Part shown: piece after piece, positions 24,801-37,312 of the stretch
How positions within the stretch are numbered: the first letter of the stretch is position 1
How the letters are laid out: every line of letters starts with the position of its first letter
NCBI RefSeq assembly: GCF_008831285.2
Contig: NC_045138.2
Span: 35,340,001-35,404,000, forward strand
Reading direction: 5' to 3'
Source: Nymphaea colorata
Taxonomy: Eukaryota
DNA length: 64,000 bases
The notes under the pieces: model-generated
Told to the model about the DNA's origin: nothing
What the model saw: the letters and a program-made list of their open reading frames with translations, nothing else
Database searches by the model: none
Translations under genes and position numbers: made by a program

Positions 24801-26956
24801 GACGTTGGAAAATGGATTTCCAATCATCTTGACATACTTCCAGCTGAGACACAAAAAGAAAACAACTCCAAGCAAACCAGATGTGGTTCAAATCGATCTC
24901 AATATGTATTATTACCCAGTCCTCATTTATGGGAAGAAGATCCAACTCCAAACAATCATTCGTTCAATTCAGTTGATGCAAGTCCTAATCGTGGGGTTCA
25001 AGAAAATGTTATTGATCAATCTCCTCCTTCTCTCACCATTGAAACTTCAAGCAGGACTCACCCCATGATCACGAGGTCTCAAGATGGAACTAGGTGACCC
25101 AAGACTTATATGGCTGCTACATCTCTAGAAGAAAGAGAACCAGAAAATCTTGAGGAGGCTTTAAAGGACCCACAATTGATCGAGGCCATCCAAAGTGAAA
25201 TGGATGCACTTTACAAAATCTAAACGTGGGACCTTGTCACACCGCCTAAGGGAGGATGTAAGTGGGGTTTTCAAAATCAAACGATGCTCAGATGGGACTA
25301 TCGCTCGCTATAAGGCCAGACTTGTGGCCAAAGGTTACAGCCAGAGGGAAGGAATTGATTATTCTGACACATATAGTCCAGTGATAAAACCCATCACTAT
25401 ACGAGCAGTCATAGCTATCGTTGTGTCCAAGCGTTGGAGTATTTACCAATTGGATATCAACAATGCCTTTCTTCATGAGATTGTAAAGGAAGAAGTTTTC
25501 ATGACTCAACCACTAGCTTTTGAGAATACAGCAAAACCTCACCAAGTGTGTCATCTCAAGAAAGCACTTTATGGCTTAAAGCAAGCGCCTCGGGCCTGGT
25601 TTGAAAGACTCAAAGGATATCTTCTCCAAAATGGGTTCAGGGAGTCATTAGTTGACACCTCACTATTTGTTAGAAAAACCCAAGTTACAATCATCTTTCT
25701 ACTTATATATTTTGATGATATAATTATTACAAGCAATAATCCTTAGGAGATTCAAAGGATTATACACAGCTTTGGACAAGCATTCTCCATAAAACATCTT
25801 GTGTCACGCCTGCTGCTCCAAATGTCCCTCTATCCAAATTCGACGGGAAAAAATTAGAAAATGAAACTCAGTATCGTCAGATTTTAGGAGCACTTCAGTA
25901 TGTCACTTTAACACGCTCAGATATTACTTATGCAGTAAATAAAGCTTGTCAGTTCATGCACCAGCTGACTTCAACTCACTGGACTCATGTTGAAAGAATT
26001 TTACGACATCTCAAAGGCTCCATACATCATGGCTTTGAGATATCAAAATCTAATTCTTTTACTTTATCTACCAACTCTGATGCCGATTGGGCTGGGTGCC
26101 CAGATGACCGAAGATCCACTAGTGGCTATGTTACAAAATTGGTCACAATATCATATCTTGGAAATCCACCAAACAACAGATAGTGGCAAAATCTAGCACA
26201 GAAGCAGAGTACAAGGCCATTGCAGGAGCCCTCTCAGAAGTCATATGGTTATATAACTTGATGAAAGATCTGAGAATTCAGACTGAACAAAAACCAATTT
26301 TCTGGTGCGACAACATTGGAGCAACATATTTGGCGGCAAATCCAGTTTTTCATGCACGAACAAAACATATAGAAAATGACTATCATTTCGTCAGAGAAAA
26401 GGTGGCAGACAATACAATTGATATTAAATATGTTCAATCAAAAAAGCAATTAGCTGATATTTTCACTAAGCCGTTACCAGGGCCAAGATTTCATTATCTC
26501 AAGGAAATGTTAAACGTCTTTGAAATGGAGGTTGGATCGAAGGGGCATGTTAGAGATAAGGTTGCCGATCCAACGTTCTTACCAATCTTGCAAGGTAAAT
26601 CAAATCTTGAATTTCAATCCAAATATAGAAGAAATGCAATTGACGCTGAAAAGAGGAATGCAACAAATGCTCCAACACATGAAGATGCCAAAATCTATTC
26701 CAAAGGGAAAGAAATTCAAATTTGTAATCAAGATCCAAAATTTTTGGATCTTGACAGACCAGCCTGAAATTTCAATTTAGTATTCTTTCCTCTCTTAAGA
26801 TTTAGTGGTTGTAAGAGAGTATTCCCTTTTTCAGAATTGTAGAGAAGGAAAGGCTTCATGGACGTAGGTCGAGTTTGACCGAACCACGTAATTTCTTGTG
26901 TGCTCTCTCTCTCTCTCTCGCTCTCCCTCTTTGTCTCTCTCGTTCTAAATTTTACA
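21899..26956 (+). mobile_element. Ty1/copia LTR retrotransposon (inner element, RE1/Ale-like gag) nested in the 5' LTR of the outer element
   Basis: LTRs 21899-22315 and 26548-26956 (TGTTAGAG..TTTACA); degenerate Met PBS TGGTACCAAAG at 22316; PPT GAAGGGGCA; imperfect TSD GCAG / GCTG. Confidence 0.95.
22582..26547 (+). pseudogene. Disrupted gag-pol of the inner copia (gag, zinc knuckle, protease, integrase, RT, RNase H)
   Basis: VKLDENNYLLWKSQ (gag), CQFCGRRNHTARTC, WYPDSGATHH (protease), LWHQRLGH and QQNGIVERKHRH (integrase), [10 protein letters not shown] (RT), SDADWAG..DDRRST and HARTKHIE (RNase H). Several frameshifts and stops, and an RT deletion near 25800. Confidence 0.92.
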
Positions 26957-28033
26957 GCTGCAATAGCCGAACCACGTTAACCCTTGTTTACGTGTGATTG
27001 TCATCTTTCTTCAATATTTGACATGGTATCAGAGCAGTGGCATTGGTGAATTCCTCTGTTCTTGTTCCATGACTAAGGCAAGAAGACCATAGCGGTGAAA
27101 GGGGGAAAGGGGGAAAGTTCTTCTGGAATCCGTTTTTCTTCTGCTTCCGCCTCGAATCATTGTTTTCTTTCTAGTCGCTGGATTCCTCAACCTCCTTGCT
27201 CCTTTCACCGCTGCTGGCGTAGCATCGACATAGTTTTGGAATTCATTTTTTTTTTGTTCCTGCATAAACTGCTCTTACGAAACTGAATTTATATCAGACT
27301 TCCGACGACCGGCGCAGCCAGCTCTGGTGATGGACTTTGATGAGCCAGGGCTCATTGGATTCACCTGAGTCTCAAGAGGATTCCTACCAAATTTGAGATG
27401 TTTTGGTGCTGAAGTGAGGGAGAAATCAAAGAAAAAAGGAATTGGGTATTCTGTTTCTGTGTTTTTGCTTTGAATCCAGAAACTATGCCAGATTTCGGCG
27501 GCTGGTGCTGTCATCTCCGGCATCAGAATACGTCTTGTATAGGCTCGTTGGAATCATCTGCTTCCGAGGATTCTACCTGCCAAATTTCAGATTTTTTGAA
27601 ATAGCGGTTAAGGAGTTATGCATTTTTGAGTGACTGCCTATTGTTGGACTGTTTCCTGTGATGTTTGAAGTGCAGGTGGTAGGTCTTTCTTCTCCTGTGC
27701 TCTCTCACATTAAAATTAACTGTCGAGCAGATTTGGAATGAGATTCTAAGTTGCTTGGGATCCCTCAGACTTTCAGCTTATTTGGAATTCACAGGAAGAA
27801 GCTACAGGTATTTGAAGTTTCACCTATCCCTGTGGATGCCCTGCTCCTGAATAGCCTCTTTCAAAAGGGCTTCCGCTTGCTCGCCCCTTTTTTCTCCACT
27901 GTTGAGGAAGAACAAGCAGCAGATGCCATCAGGCGGCTGGTTGATTTTTGTTTTATCTGAGCAGCTTCTTTTTTTCTGTTTCTGGAGCTGATTTTTTCAC
28001 CGCCAGCAAGGGTATTCCATCTTTGTATTGTCA

Positions 28034-31000
28034 TGGAGTTCAACACAGAAGCACAACCGTCTTCATTCCCACCAAATCATTATGATGGTGGATCCAGCAG
28101 TTCCAGAGTGGTGACTCAAGAAAATCACCCTCTCAAGATCACAACGACTCTTTTTTCGGCGCCGACTACATCAGCTTATCCAAGGCAGCAAAGCTCTTTC
28201 TAACTGGTAAACGAAAATTCGGCTACATTACAGGTGCGATACCTAAACCTGAACCTACTGATCCTAAGTGTGCACAATGGGAATCTGAAAACGACATGGT
28301 TATGTCTTGGTTATACAATTCCATGGAGCCTCAAATCAGTAAGGGGCTTATGTTCATGGAAACAGCCAAAGAAATGTGGGATGCCGTTAAAGAAGTCTAC
28401 GGCGAGCAAAGAAACACTACTCGTATCCATGAATTACAAAATGAAATTACTAGGTTTATGCATCAAGATAAACCATTTAACGTGTATGTGGGTACTCTTC
28501 GAGGGATGTTTGATGAAATGCTTATGTATCGACCACCCACTATTGATCTCAAGAACCATCAACAACGACTTGAAGAAGACAAAATTTTTAAACTTCTTGG
28601 TGGGCTTAGTCAAGATTACGAGCATCTTCGGAGCCAAGTTCTTATGACGACCCCCCTTCCCTCATTCAATTTTGTTTGTGCTATGATCTAACGTGAATAA
28701 ACTCGCAGAAAATTGATGATTTCCAGCCCTATCATATCCAATATCCAACCTACTGAGCATCCAGACAAGGTTGTGTATCTTTCTAAAGGGCAAAGTCCAT
28801 CAAGAAACAAATCATTGTCTGGGTCTACATCTCATGATCGACTTAAAAATCAATCTCGCTTCAACTGCACTTATTGTCAAAAACTTGGCCACACTCGAGA
28901 TAAATGTTGGGACCTCATTGGCAAGCCACCTCGTGACAAAGGAGTCTCGCAAAAGCCAAACAAAGAGGACACGACAACCCATTTTGTCACTAAAGAAGAG
29001 ATGATGAATTTTTTTTCTCAAATGGCAAAGACAAATTTGGTATCATCTCAACCAATCTCTGATGCAGTCAACACCGACGATCCATGTACATCATTTGCTT
29101 TTTCTTTACATTCTCCTCTCATAAATTGGGTAGTTGACTCCGGCGCCAGCGACCACATGACCAACCAACCTGCCATCTCAAAAAATTTTAAAAATTTTAA
29201 ACCTGTTTTTACTGCTGATGGCTTGGCAATGTGGGTTGCTGGCTCAAGTCGCATGAAATTACTTTGTGATGGTAAAGACTCTGAAGTTCTACACGTTCCT
29301 AATATTTATACTAGTCTTCTATCTGTAAGCAAGATTACTCTTACACATAACTGCCTTGCAATTTTCTCGGCTAAGGATGTTGTTTTTCAGGACGAGGAAT
29401 CGAAGAAAGTGATTGGTAGAGGTGTCCAACGCGGCGGCTTATATTTTTTAGATTCTGAGACTTTTGCTTTATTTAATCATGCTTCTTCTATTGCACAATT
29501 TGGTTTGTGGCATTCTAGATTAGGTCATGCTTCTCATAAAATTGTTCGAACATTATTCCCTCAGTTATCTATTTTTCCAAAATCTTGTGATGCTTGTGAA
29601 TTTGCAAAGTCTACTCTTGTGCCTTTTAATAATGTTGTCGAACGTAGCACTATATTTTTTGATCTTGTTCATTCTGATGTGTGGGGTCCCGCTCCACCTA
29701 ATTCAATATCTGGATTTCGATACTATGTGACATTTATTGTTGATAAGTCAAGGGTAACATGGATATATTTTTTAAAACACAAGCATGAGGTTTCTAAAAA
29801 TTTTCAAAATTTTTATCAAATGATTTTGACTCAATTTGGGACAAAGATCAAACATATTTGTTCTGACAATGGTGGTGAGTATATTAATGAAGTATTGCAG
29901 GATTTTTTATTACAAAAAGAAATATTGTCTCAAACGACTTGTACAGGCACACCGCAACAAAATGGTGTCGTGGAAAGGAAGAATCGTCATCTTTTGAATG
30001 TTGCTCGTGCTTTGATGTTCCACATGAATATGCCAGATGAATATTGGGCAGATGCCATAGCTACATCATGCTATATAATTAATCGTCTTTCTAGTGAGAG
30101 ACTTGAAAATATGGCCCCAATGGCAATTTTGACGCAACGATATGTCTCTGTCAATCATTTGAAAGTGTTCGGGTGCAAGTGTTTTGTTCATCTTCAACAG
30201 CAGTTTCGAAATAAGTTAGAAAAGCGTGCCATCAAGTGTGTCTTTGTTGGTTATTCCACTTCCAAGAAAGGTTTTAAGTGTTATGATCCTACCGCTAAGA
30301 AGTTGTATATCTCAAGGGACGTCAAATTCTTTGAAAACGAGCATTTCTTTTCTACATCAGTTCATTGTGAGGGGGAGATGCAGAGTCATAGTAACTACAA
30401 CCACAATGAATCTTGCCAACAATTTATTCCCAAGACCTTTTTTCCAGTTTTTGATGGCTTCAATTCCAGCACCCCTCTGGATGGCTTCAATTCCAGCACC
30501 CCTCCACCGCTCTCTTACACTGAAGTGAGTAGTTCTGAACCTCAAAATCGCGAGTCAACCTCTTTGAGCCCACAAAGCCAAACTATTGACAATAGCATAC
30601 CTAAGGGAAGAAGATCGTCTAGAATGACACGTCCACCCTCTAGGTTTAGCGATTTCTATCCATTCTATTCCAATCTTGCTTACTCTAGCTCCAAACCTCC
30701 CATCGAAAAACACATAGACTTTAGTGAACTGTCAACCAAGTACCAACACTATGTCCTCAACTCGTACTCTCTACATGAACCTTCAACCTTTCAGGAAGCC
30801 AGTCTTGACTCTGAATGGCAGAAAGCCATGAATGAAGAGTTAACAGTCTTAGAGAAACATCAAACTTGGACTATAGTTCCCTTGCCAGAAGGAAAGAAAC
30901 CAGTGGGATGTCGGTGGATATACAAAATAAAATACAACAGTGACGGCAGTGTGGATAGATACAAAGCCAGATTAGTCGCAAAAGGATACACCCAACAAGA

Positions 31001-32304
31001 AGGTATTGACTTCACAGAGACCTTCGCTCCTGTTACTAAGATGAACTCTATTCGTATCCTTCTATTAGTGGTAGCAAATAAGAACTGAGAATCATTTCAA
31101 CTTGATGTCAAGAATGCTTTTTTACATGGGAATTTAGAAGAAGAAGTTTATATGAATCCACCGCAGGGCGTCAAACATAAGCCTGGTTACGTGTGCAGAC
31201 TCAAAAAATTGATCTATGGGCTAAAGCAGTCTCCACGAGCATGGTTTTTAAAACTCAGTAGTGTACTCATTGAGATCGGATTTAAGCAAAGTACTGCAGA
31301 CTACACTATGTTTGTCTCTCATTCCTGACAAGGTATTGTTATTTTATTGGTGTATGTCGATGACATTATTGTTATAGGAGACAATGTTGAACAAATGAAG
31401 AAAGTCAAGGCCATATTGCACGACAAGTTTGAAATTAAGGATTTAGGAAAATTGAGTTATTTTTTGGGTATTGCACATTCAAAGGAAGACATTTTTTTTA
31501 TGTCAAATGAAATACATGTTGGACCTTCTCAAAGAAGCATGATTTCTAGGAGCTAAGCCGAGTTTGACTCCTCTTGACCTCAACTACAAAATCAGAAAAG
31601 ATGATGGGAAACCCATTCAAGATGTTCAAGGCTTTCAACGACTTATTGAAAAGCTAATTTATTTAACCGTAACTCGGCCAGACATCATGTTTGCAGTCAA
31701 CATGATAAGCCAAGTCATGCAATGTCCTCGATCTATACATTTGTAAACTGTTCATCGTATTCTTAAATATTTAAAGGTGAGTCCAGGAAAAGAAATTTTA
31801 ATGAAACGGAACAACAACCTTGAAGTGATTGGATACACAGACGCAGACTGGGCTGGAGATCAGAGTGATAGAAAGTCTACCACTAGTTTTTGTACTATGG
31901 TGGGAGGTGACCTTGTCACATGGAAAAGCAAAAAGCAAAATGTGGTGGCTAGGTCCAGTGCTGAAGCTGAATACAGAGTTATGGCCACATGTGCTAGTGA
32001 ACTTGTGTGGGTCAATGCACTTCTTCTTGATATGGGAATCAAAATTGAAAAACCTATGAGTCTCATGTGCGACAACATGGCAGCCATTCATATTGGTGCA
32101 AACCCAGTGTTCCATGAACGCACAAAACATATCGAGCTTGATTGTCATTTCATTCGTGAAAAAATTCAGAACAAAACCATATGTACCCGTCATGTTGGTA
32201 CCCAATATCAATTGACAGATATATTTACTAAAGCCTTAGGAAAGGAGCGCCATCAATGGATTACTAGCAAGTTGTGGCAGATCGACATCAGCTCTCCAAC
32301 TTGA
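28034..32304 (+). pseudogene. Disrupted gag-pol of the outer copia
   Basis: MVMSWLYNSMEP (gag), [87 protein letters not shown]. In-frame stops and frameshifts, e.g. at 28689 and 31086. Confidence 0.93.
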
Positions 32305-32600
32305 GGGGGAGATTGTTGAGGCAACGGCTAGTCTGCAGCAACAAACTTTCCTCTTGTGCAGAAGTTTTTTCCCTTTCGTTGTTTTATTTCCTTTGTTGTT
32401 CCCATCGGTTCTCCTCAATATATGTCTGTAAGGGTGAACCACCAAAAACAAGAAAGAATGAAAAGAAAAAGTCTGGTTTTGTTCGTTCGTGGATGTAGGC
32501 AGCAATAGCCGAACCACGTTAACTCTTGTTTGTGTGTGATTGCCATCTTTCTTCAATATTTGACACAGATCTTCGTTTCCAACGGGAAGGGAACAAGAGT

Positions 32601-33462
32601 ATGAGAGAGGTTGTTCGCTGTTTTTTATTCCTAGCTCTACGTTTTGCATTACTAACTAAAAAACCCGCTGCAGTATGCTCTCTTGCACTAGTCTACGACA
32701 GGTTCGGTATAGCTTTTATCATTTGAAAGCTTATCCTCTGTCATTTTCTAATGTCATTGTCATTTCCCAGCTGGAAAGTGATGTAAGATTTATTTCAACC
32801 ACTATAAATTTATGGGTGCTTATACGGAGGATACAAACGATATTTTCCTTCCACTTGTTCCTCTTTTTCTCCTCAAAGAGGAAATGTTTCACCTACATTC
32901 TCTGGTTATTTTTCAGCACAAGCACACACATTCTGGATTTCTCAATCAGGTACTCTATTTAGTGAAATATTTACCTGTTCAAAAAGGTTTACTTCTTTTC
33001 ATGATGTCAGTAGGTGCAAAACAAATGAACGTGCATATTTTCTAGCTCCACCCTACATGCCTTATGTTCATCTGCAATTATATTTTCAACTTCTATACTG
33101 CCTATGGCTTCTTGGAGACAACATGTAGTTGATTTCTGTGTCAAACTTTGTTCGGTCTATAAAGAAAGCTAGATATATATGTTCTGAAAAAGAAAAATGG
33201 TAAAATCTTTACATTTCTGTTCTGGTTCGTCGTCTTCATTCTTTTTTCCTTTTGTTTGTGGTGTCCATGTCACAGAGTGCCCAGCGGCTTGCACTTTCAG
33301 GTGCTCAAAGACTACATATCTCAAGCCACGCAAGTTCTTCTATCAAAGTTGCTGCTTGATGTGTAGGTGTGTGCCACCAGGACCAGATACTTGCGCCCAC
33401 AAGGGGGCATGCCGTTGCTACAATAACTGGAAGACGAAGAGAGGCAGACCCAATGCCCTTAG
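32601..33462 (+). pseudogene. GASA/Snakin (gibberellin-regulated cysteine-rich peptide) pseudogene
   Basis: Last exon 33276-33462, after a CAG acceptor, reads CPAACTFRCSKTTYLKPRKFFYQSCCLMCRCVPPG..CRCYNNWKTKRGRP. Two conserved Cys are lost (C>R, C>Y) and a 1-nt deletion breaks the terminal KCP-stop (CCC AA TGC CCT TAG). Putative signal-peptide exon 32601-32672 (MREVVRCFLFLALRFALL..) with a GT donor, and micro-exon 32771-32782. Confidence 0.8.
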
Positions 33463-33861
33463 GAATCGAATTCCCATGATTCCTAACGCTCTATTCTTTT
33501 CTCATGTTTGGCTAGTATCCAGTTGTTCTATGAAGCTAAAACCAGTTTTCCATGTTCTCGTAAGTCATCTAAGGTGATGAGCTAAAAGCAGTTACCTTGT
33601 TCCTGTATGTCATCGAAGTTGATAAGGCCACAGTTTGAGTGTTTTTGTATATCAACTAAGGTGCTAAGACCACCTGGGGAGAGGCTAATAGACGTAGTTC
33701 CTTTTCATCTTGGCTTCTGAAGTAATCGCCTCACATATTAAACAAAGAAGCGGTTGTTGCTGCTGCTTTTTGCAAATGATCCATCTCCGCATGTTGTGAT
33801 GTGTAAACACCGATGTTACTGAGATGATGTTACAGTTTCTCTATGAATAGCAGGCTGGGGA

Positions 33862-34921
33862 TAGGGCTGCACAACGAGTCGAGCCAGCTCGGGCTCGACT
33901 CGAACTCGCTCGGAAAAACTCGACTCAAGTTCGACTCGTTTATAAACGAGTCGAGTTTGAGTTTAAACTTATACTCAAACCATTAAATGAGTCGAGTTCG
34001 AGTTGTAAGAACTCGACTCGTTTATGCTCGGCTCGGCTCGATTATTGAAAATCGTTTCACTTAATTATACAAACCGGTTCACCGAGCCGCCAAAACCGGT
34101 TCACGATTTAGGTTAAAACTTTTTGTGTATTCTGTTTTCATTTTTAACTTTTTGTTTTGACTTCTCCCTCTGTCTCTCTCATTTCTACGAGACTGATGGC
34201 CATTTGCTCCCCACTTTCCCTCGCTCCTCTCTGCAAGCTCCTGTTTGGGAAACCTGTGTCAAGAGATTGGGAGCGCAAGGCAATCTTTGAGGCGATGGGC
34301 AATGTGATACGGAGGCTCTTTGATGATGTGTTGGGTAATAAGGAAATGAGGGTATGCTCCCTTTCCACTCTGATCACCTTCTTTTTCCTTCTTTCCACCT
34401 GCCCATGTGGGCAATCTTCTCTTAGTTTCTGTTGTTGATTGTGTGCCTCTATGGAGCTTCATTTGTGCCTTGTTGGCTTTTGTTTTGTTCAACTTTTATC
34501 TCTTTCTGTTGACTTGTTCATGTGGGTGTAGTGGGGAGATGTTCTTTTGCATTTGTTGATGGTGAGATGAAACTGTAACGAGAAATCCTTTCAAAGAATG
34601 TATTGTAAGTTTGTGATGCGTACAGAGGTTGCTTTCGTGTAAAATGGTGAGATGAAACTGTAACGAACAACATTTGTTGATGCTCTTTATGCATCTGTGA
34701 TGCGTACAGAGGAGCTTTCTCTCTGTGCAGCTTTCCCTTTTTTATAAATTTGTGATGCGTACAAAGGAACATTGTTCATTTTTTGCCCTTATTCAAAGGT
34801 GTTCACTGGTAAACGAGTTAGGTAAGTCGAGCTCGAGCTTGCGTCAGAGCTCGAGCTCTTTGAGCTGAGTCGAGTTCGAGCTGGGCGAGCTCGAGCTCGA
34901 CTTGGCTCATGTGCAGCCCTA
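33862..34921. mobile_element. Non-autonomous hAT element carrying a captured gene fragment
   Basis: TIR TAGGGCTGCAC ... GTGCAGCCCTA; perfect 8-bp TSD GCTGGGGA (33854-33861 / 34922-34929); dense subterminal CTCGA/TCGAG repeats at both ends. Confidence 0.93.
34295..34351 (+). pseudogene. Captured first coding exon of an ADP-ribosylation factor (ARF-B-like) gene
   Basis: MGNVIRRLFDDVLGNKEMR followed directly by a GTATGC donor; resembles the plant ARF-B N-terminus (MGQxFRKLFDxFFGNxEMR). No downstream GTPase exons are present. Confidence 0.65.
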
Positions 34922-37312
34922 GCTGGGGAGGAGGAATTCACTCCTCGGGTCGACTACTCTGTCCCTTTGTGCTTAAAGGAACACAACCATGTGGTGCTGG
35001 TGGATCCCTTGGGACTTGCTGCTTGACCGGTCTCTGCTTCGTGTTTTCATACTTAGGGGCCCATTTGATTGTCGGGTGAAATTTGAAGGAAGGGGTGAAA
35101 TCTGTATGGGCGGGTGAAATTTCACCCGCCCGTCTCACGCCGTATCAAACGGCGTGAAATTTCACCCGTTTTTCGTTAAAGCGAGCGGGTGAAATTTCAC
35201 CCGCTCGATTTTTTCCGTCTCACACCCATTTTCCCCTCTTTTCTCTCTTCGTCGACGGCCTTCTTCCCCTTTCCTCTCTGACTCGCTGCCTCACCTCTCT
35301 CGCTCTCTCGCTGACTCACCTTTCTCGCTGCCTCACCTCTCTCGCTCTCTTGTTCCTCTCCTCTCTCGCTGCCTTTCCTCTCTCGTTGTTCTTTCTTCTC
35401 TCGCTCTGTCAGTCCTCTCTTCTCTCGCTGTTATCTTGCTCTCTCCTTCCTCTCCTCTCTCGCTCTCTTGTTCCTCCCCTCTTTTCTCGACATCGCTTGC
35501 TTGCAGCAACAGGTGAGTCCATGATCTTGTCGCTCTCTCACATGCTTGTTGGTGAAAACCTATCTCTCCTTTAACTGTTTTGTATTGGCAGGCCTTCTTC
35601 TGCAATAGGAGATCTGGGTTAATCCCTCTTCGTTGCTCCTTCAATCAGGTATGCCTCTCACAACCGACAAATTAGTTCTACTCCTTCGTCCTCTCTTCTT
35701 TCCTTTCTCTTCTGCAACAGGGGGATATCCTAAACAACATGGATGAATTTTTTTTTAACTGTTAGTTCTCTGTTCTGCTAATTTGCTGCATATGTTTTGC
35801 TAAACAACATGGTCCCATGCATTCAGACCACCAAAACCATGTTTGGAATATCTTAGACCGATGTTGTGCATGGAAGATCAGAGGCTTTTTAGATAAGCCA
35901 CACATGACACAACCATGTTTGGAATTTGTGCGTGTGCCCAACATTCTTCCTCAGTTGTCACAGATGACAAGTCAATAATATATATTTGGTGTTTTCCTGC
36001 TGGTTATTTAAGGTTTTTATGTATAGCAATTATTCATTTTTTTTAGCTGCTATCAAAGTTTTTAGTTCTTGTTTGTAAAATGCAAACTTGTATCTTGTAC
36101 AAAGTGCTCATTTTATGTTAATGTTTTGAGGTGCTTTTACATGATTATGCCCTATTTTTCTTCAAACTTTTGTTTTTCTTGCATCGTACTAATAACACCT
36201 TTTTCTTTTCGGTTAATATAGCCATTGTCCACCATCATCGAAGGAGGCACAAAGTGTTTGGTTAACAATAGAAAAGGTAATTTCCTTTAACTTTTGCTTT
36301 GTTTCTTGATTTCTTTAGCTTCTCATGCTTATCAGTGCAGAAATACCAAGTTCCATTTTCTTTCGTAAGACATAGTGATCTTTGTGATGCTAACTTCATG
36401 ATACTTGGTGTTCTGTTTCTCAATATATATTTGGTGTTTTGTTTTCTTTTATGTGAACTTGGCACTGAGATGGATTTACCTGATCTTAGCATTTTAGTGA
36501 TGCAACACATTTAATGAGTGTATCTTACATTATCCAGAGCAGTCATGTCGAATTGAAGTTAACATATCCACTTTATGCTACTTCAACATGTCGTAAAGTC
36601 TACTTTAGGCTAACTTCTGAATGTAGAGTATGTTGTTATTAGATGTTTTTGATCCCCGAGCATAAACTTTCATCATCTGAAAGGAACTGCTTGGGAACCT
36701 GTTATGCCCCAAATACTCCACATGTTTTTGGAGATTATGATTGTAAATTGATGCTACATCTGCTTAGAGTTGCAGAGTACTTATAACTGTTGTATGGAAT
36801 AAGGGAATGTGTTTATGCCAACAGGAGCTCTGCCCACCTGAATAAGACAACTTAAAACTTCCAAGTTGAAGGATAACCAACAATGTGCTAAGAAACTCCA
36901 CGTCTTCATGGCTTTCTAACACTGTCACATTATGGAATCTTTCTTCCCAAAAACGTTTGCTGTAAAGTTAATGGCTTTCCATTCAAAAGTTGTCTTTTGC
37001 TCTCAACTTATAGAGTTAGTTCCCGATTATCTTTTGCTGTAAAAAAATAGAGTTTACTCTTGATTTTGTACCACCGGCTTCCTGTGGTCACCTGCCTTCC
37101 TATTTTCTGATTTTTTTAACATTTGAGCCTGCCATGCATGGTTCCAAAGTCCCCTTTTTTCTATGCTTATGGTTGCATTCTTCATGTAGCATGCATGAAC
37201 TACTAGGAGATTCACTATATAATGTATTGCATCATACATTGTACAAAACAACTTTTTCATGCTAAATTTTTGAAAACTGTAGTTGTGAAGAATTATTGTA
37301 CAAAACGTTACC

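Larger units (their letters stand above)
21712..32565 (+). mobile_element. Ty1/copia LTR retrotransposon (outer element), full length but inactivated
   Basis: 5' LTR 21712-21898 + 26957-27023 (split by an insertion); 3' LTR 32314-32565; TG..CA ends; tRNA-iMet PBS TGGTATCAGAGC at 27024; PPT GAGGGGGAGA before 32314; TSD CATAT / CAGAT. Confidence 0.95.
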
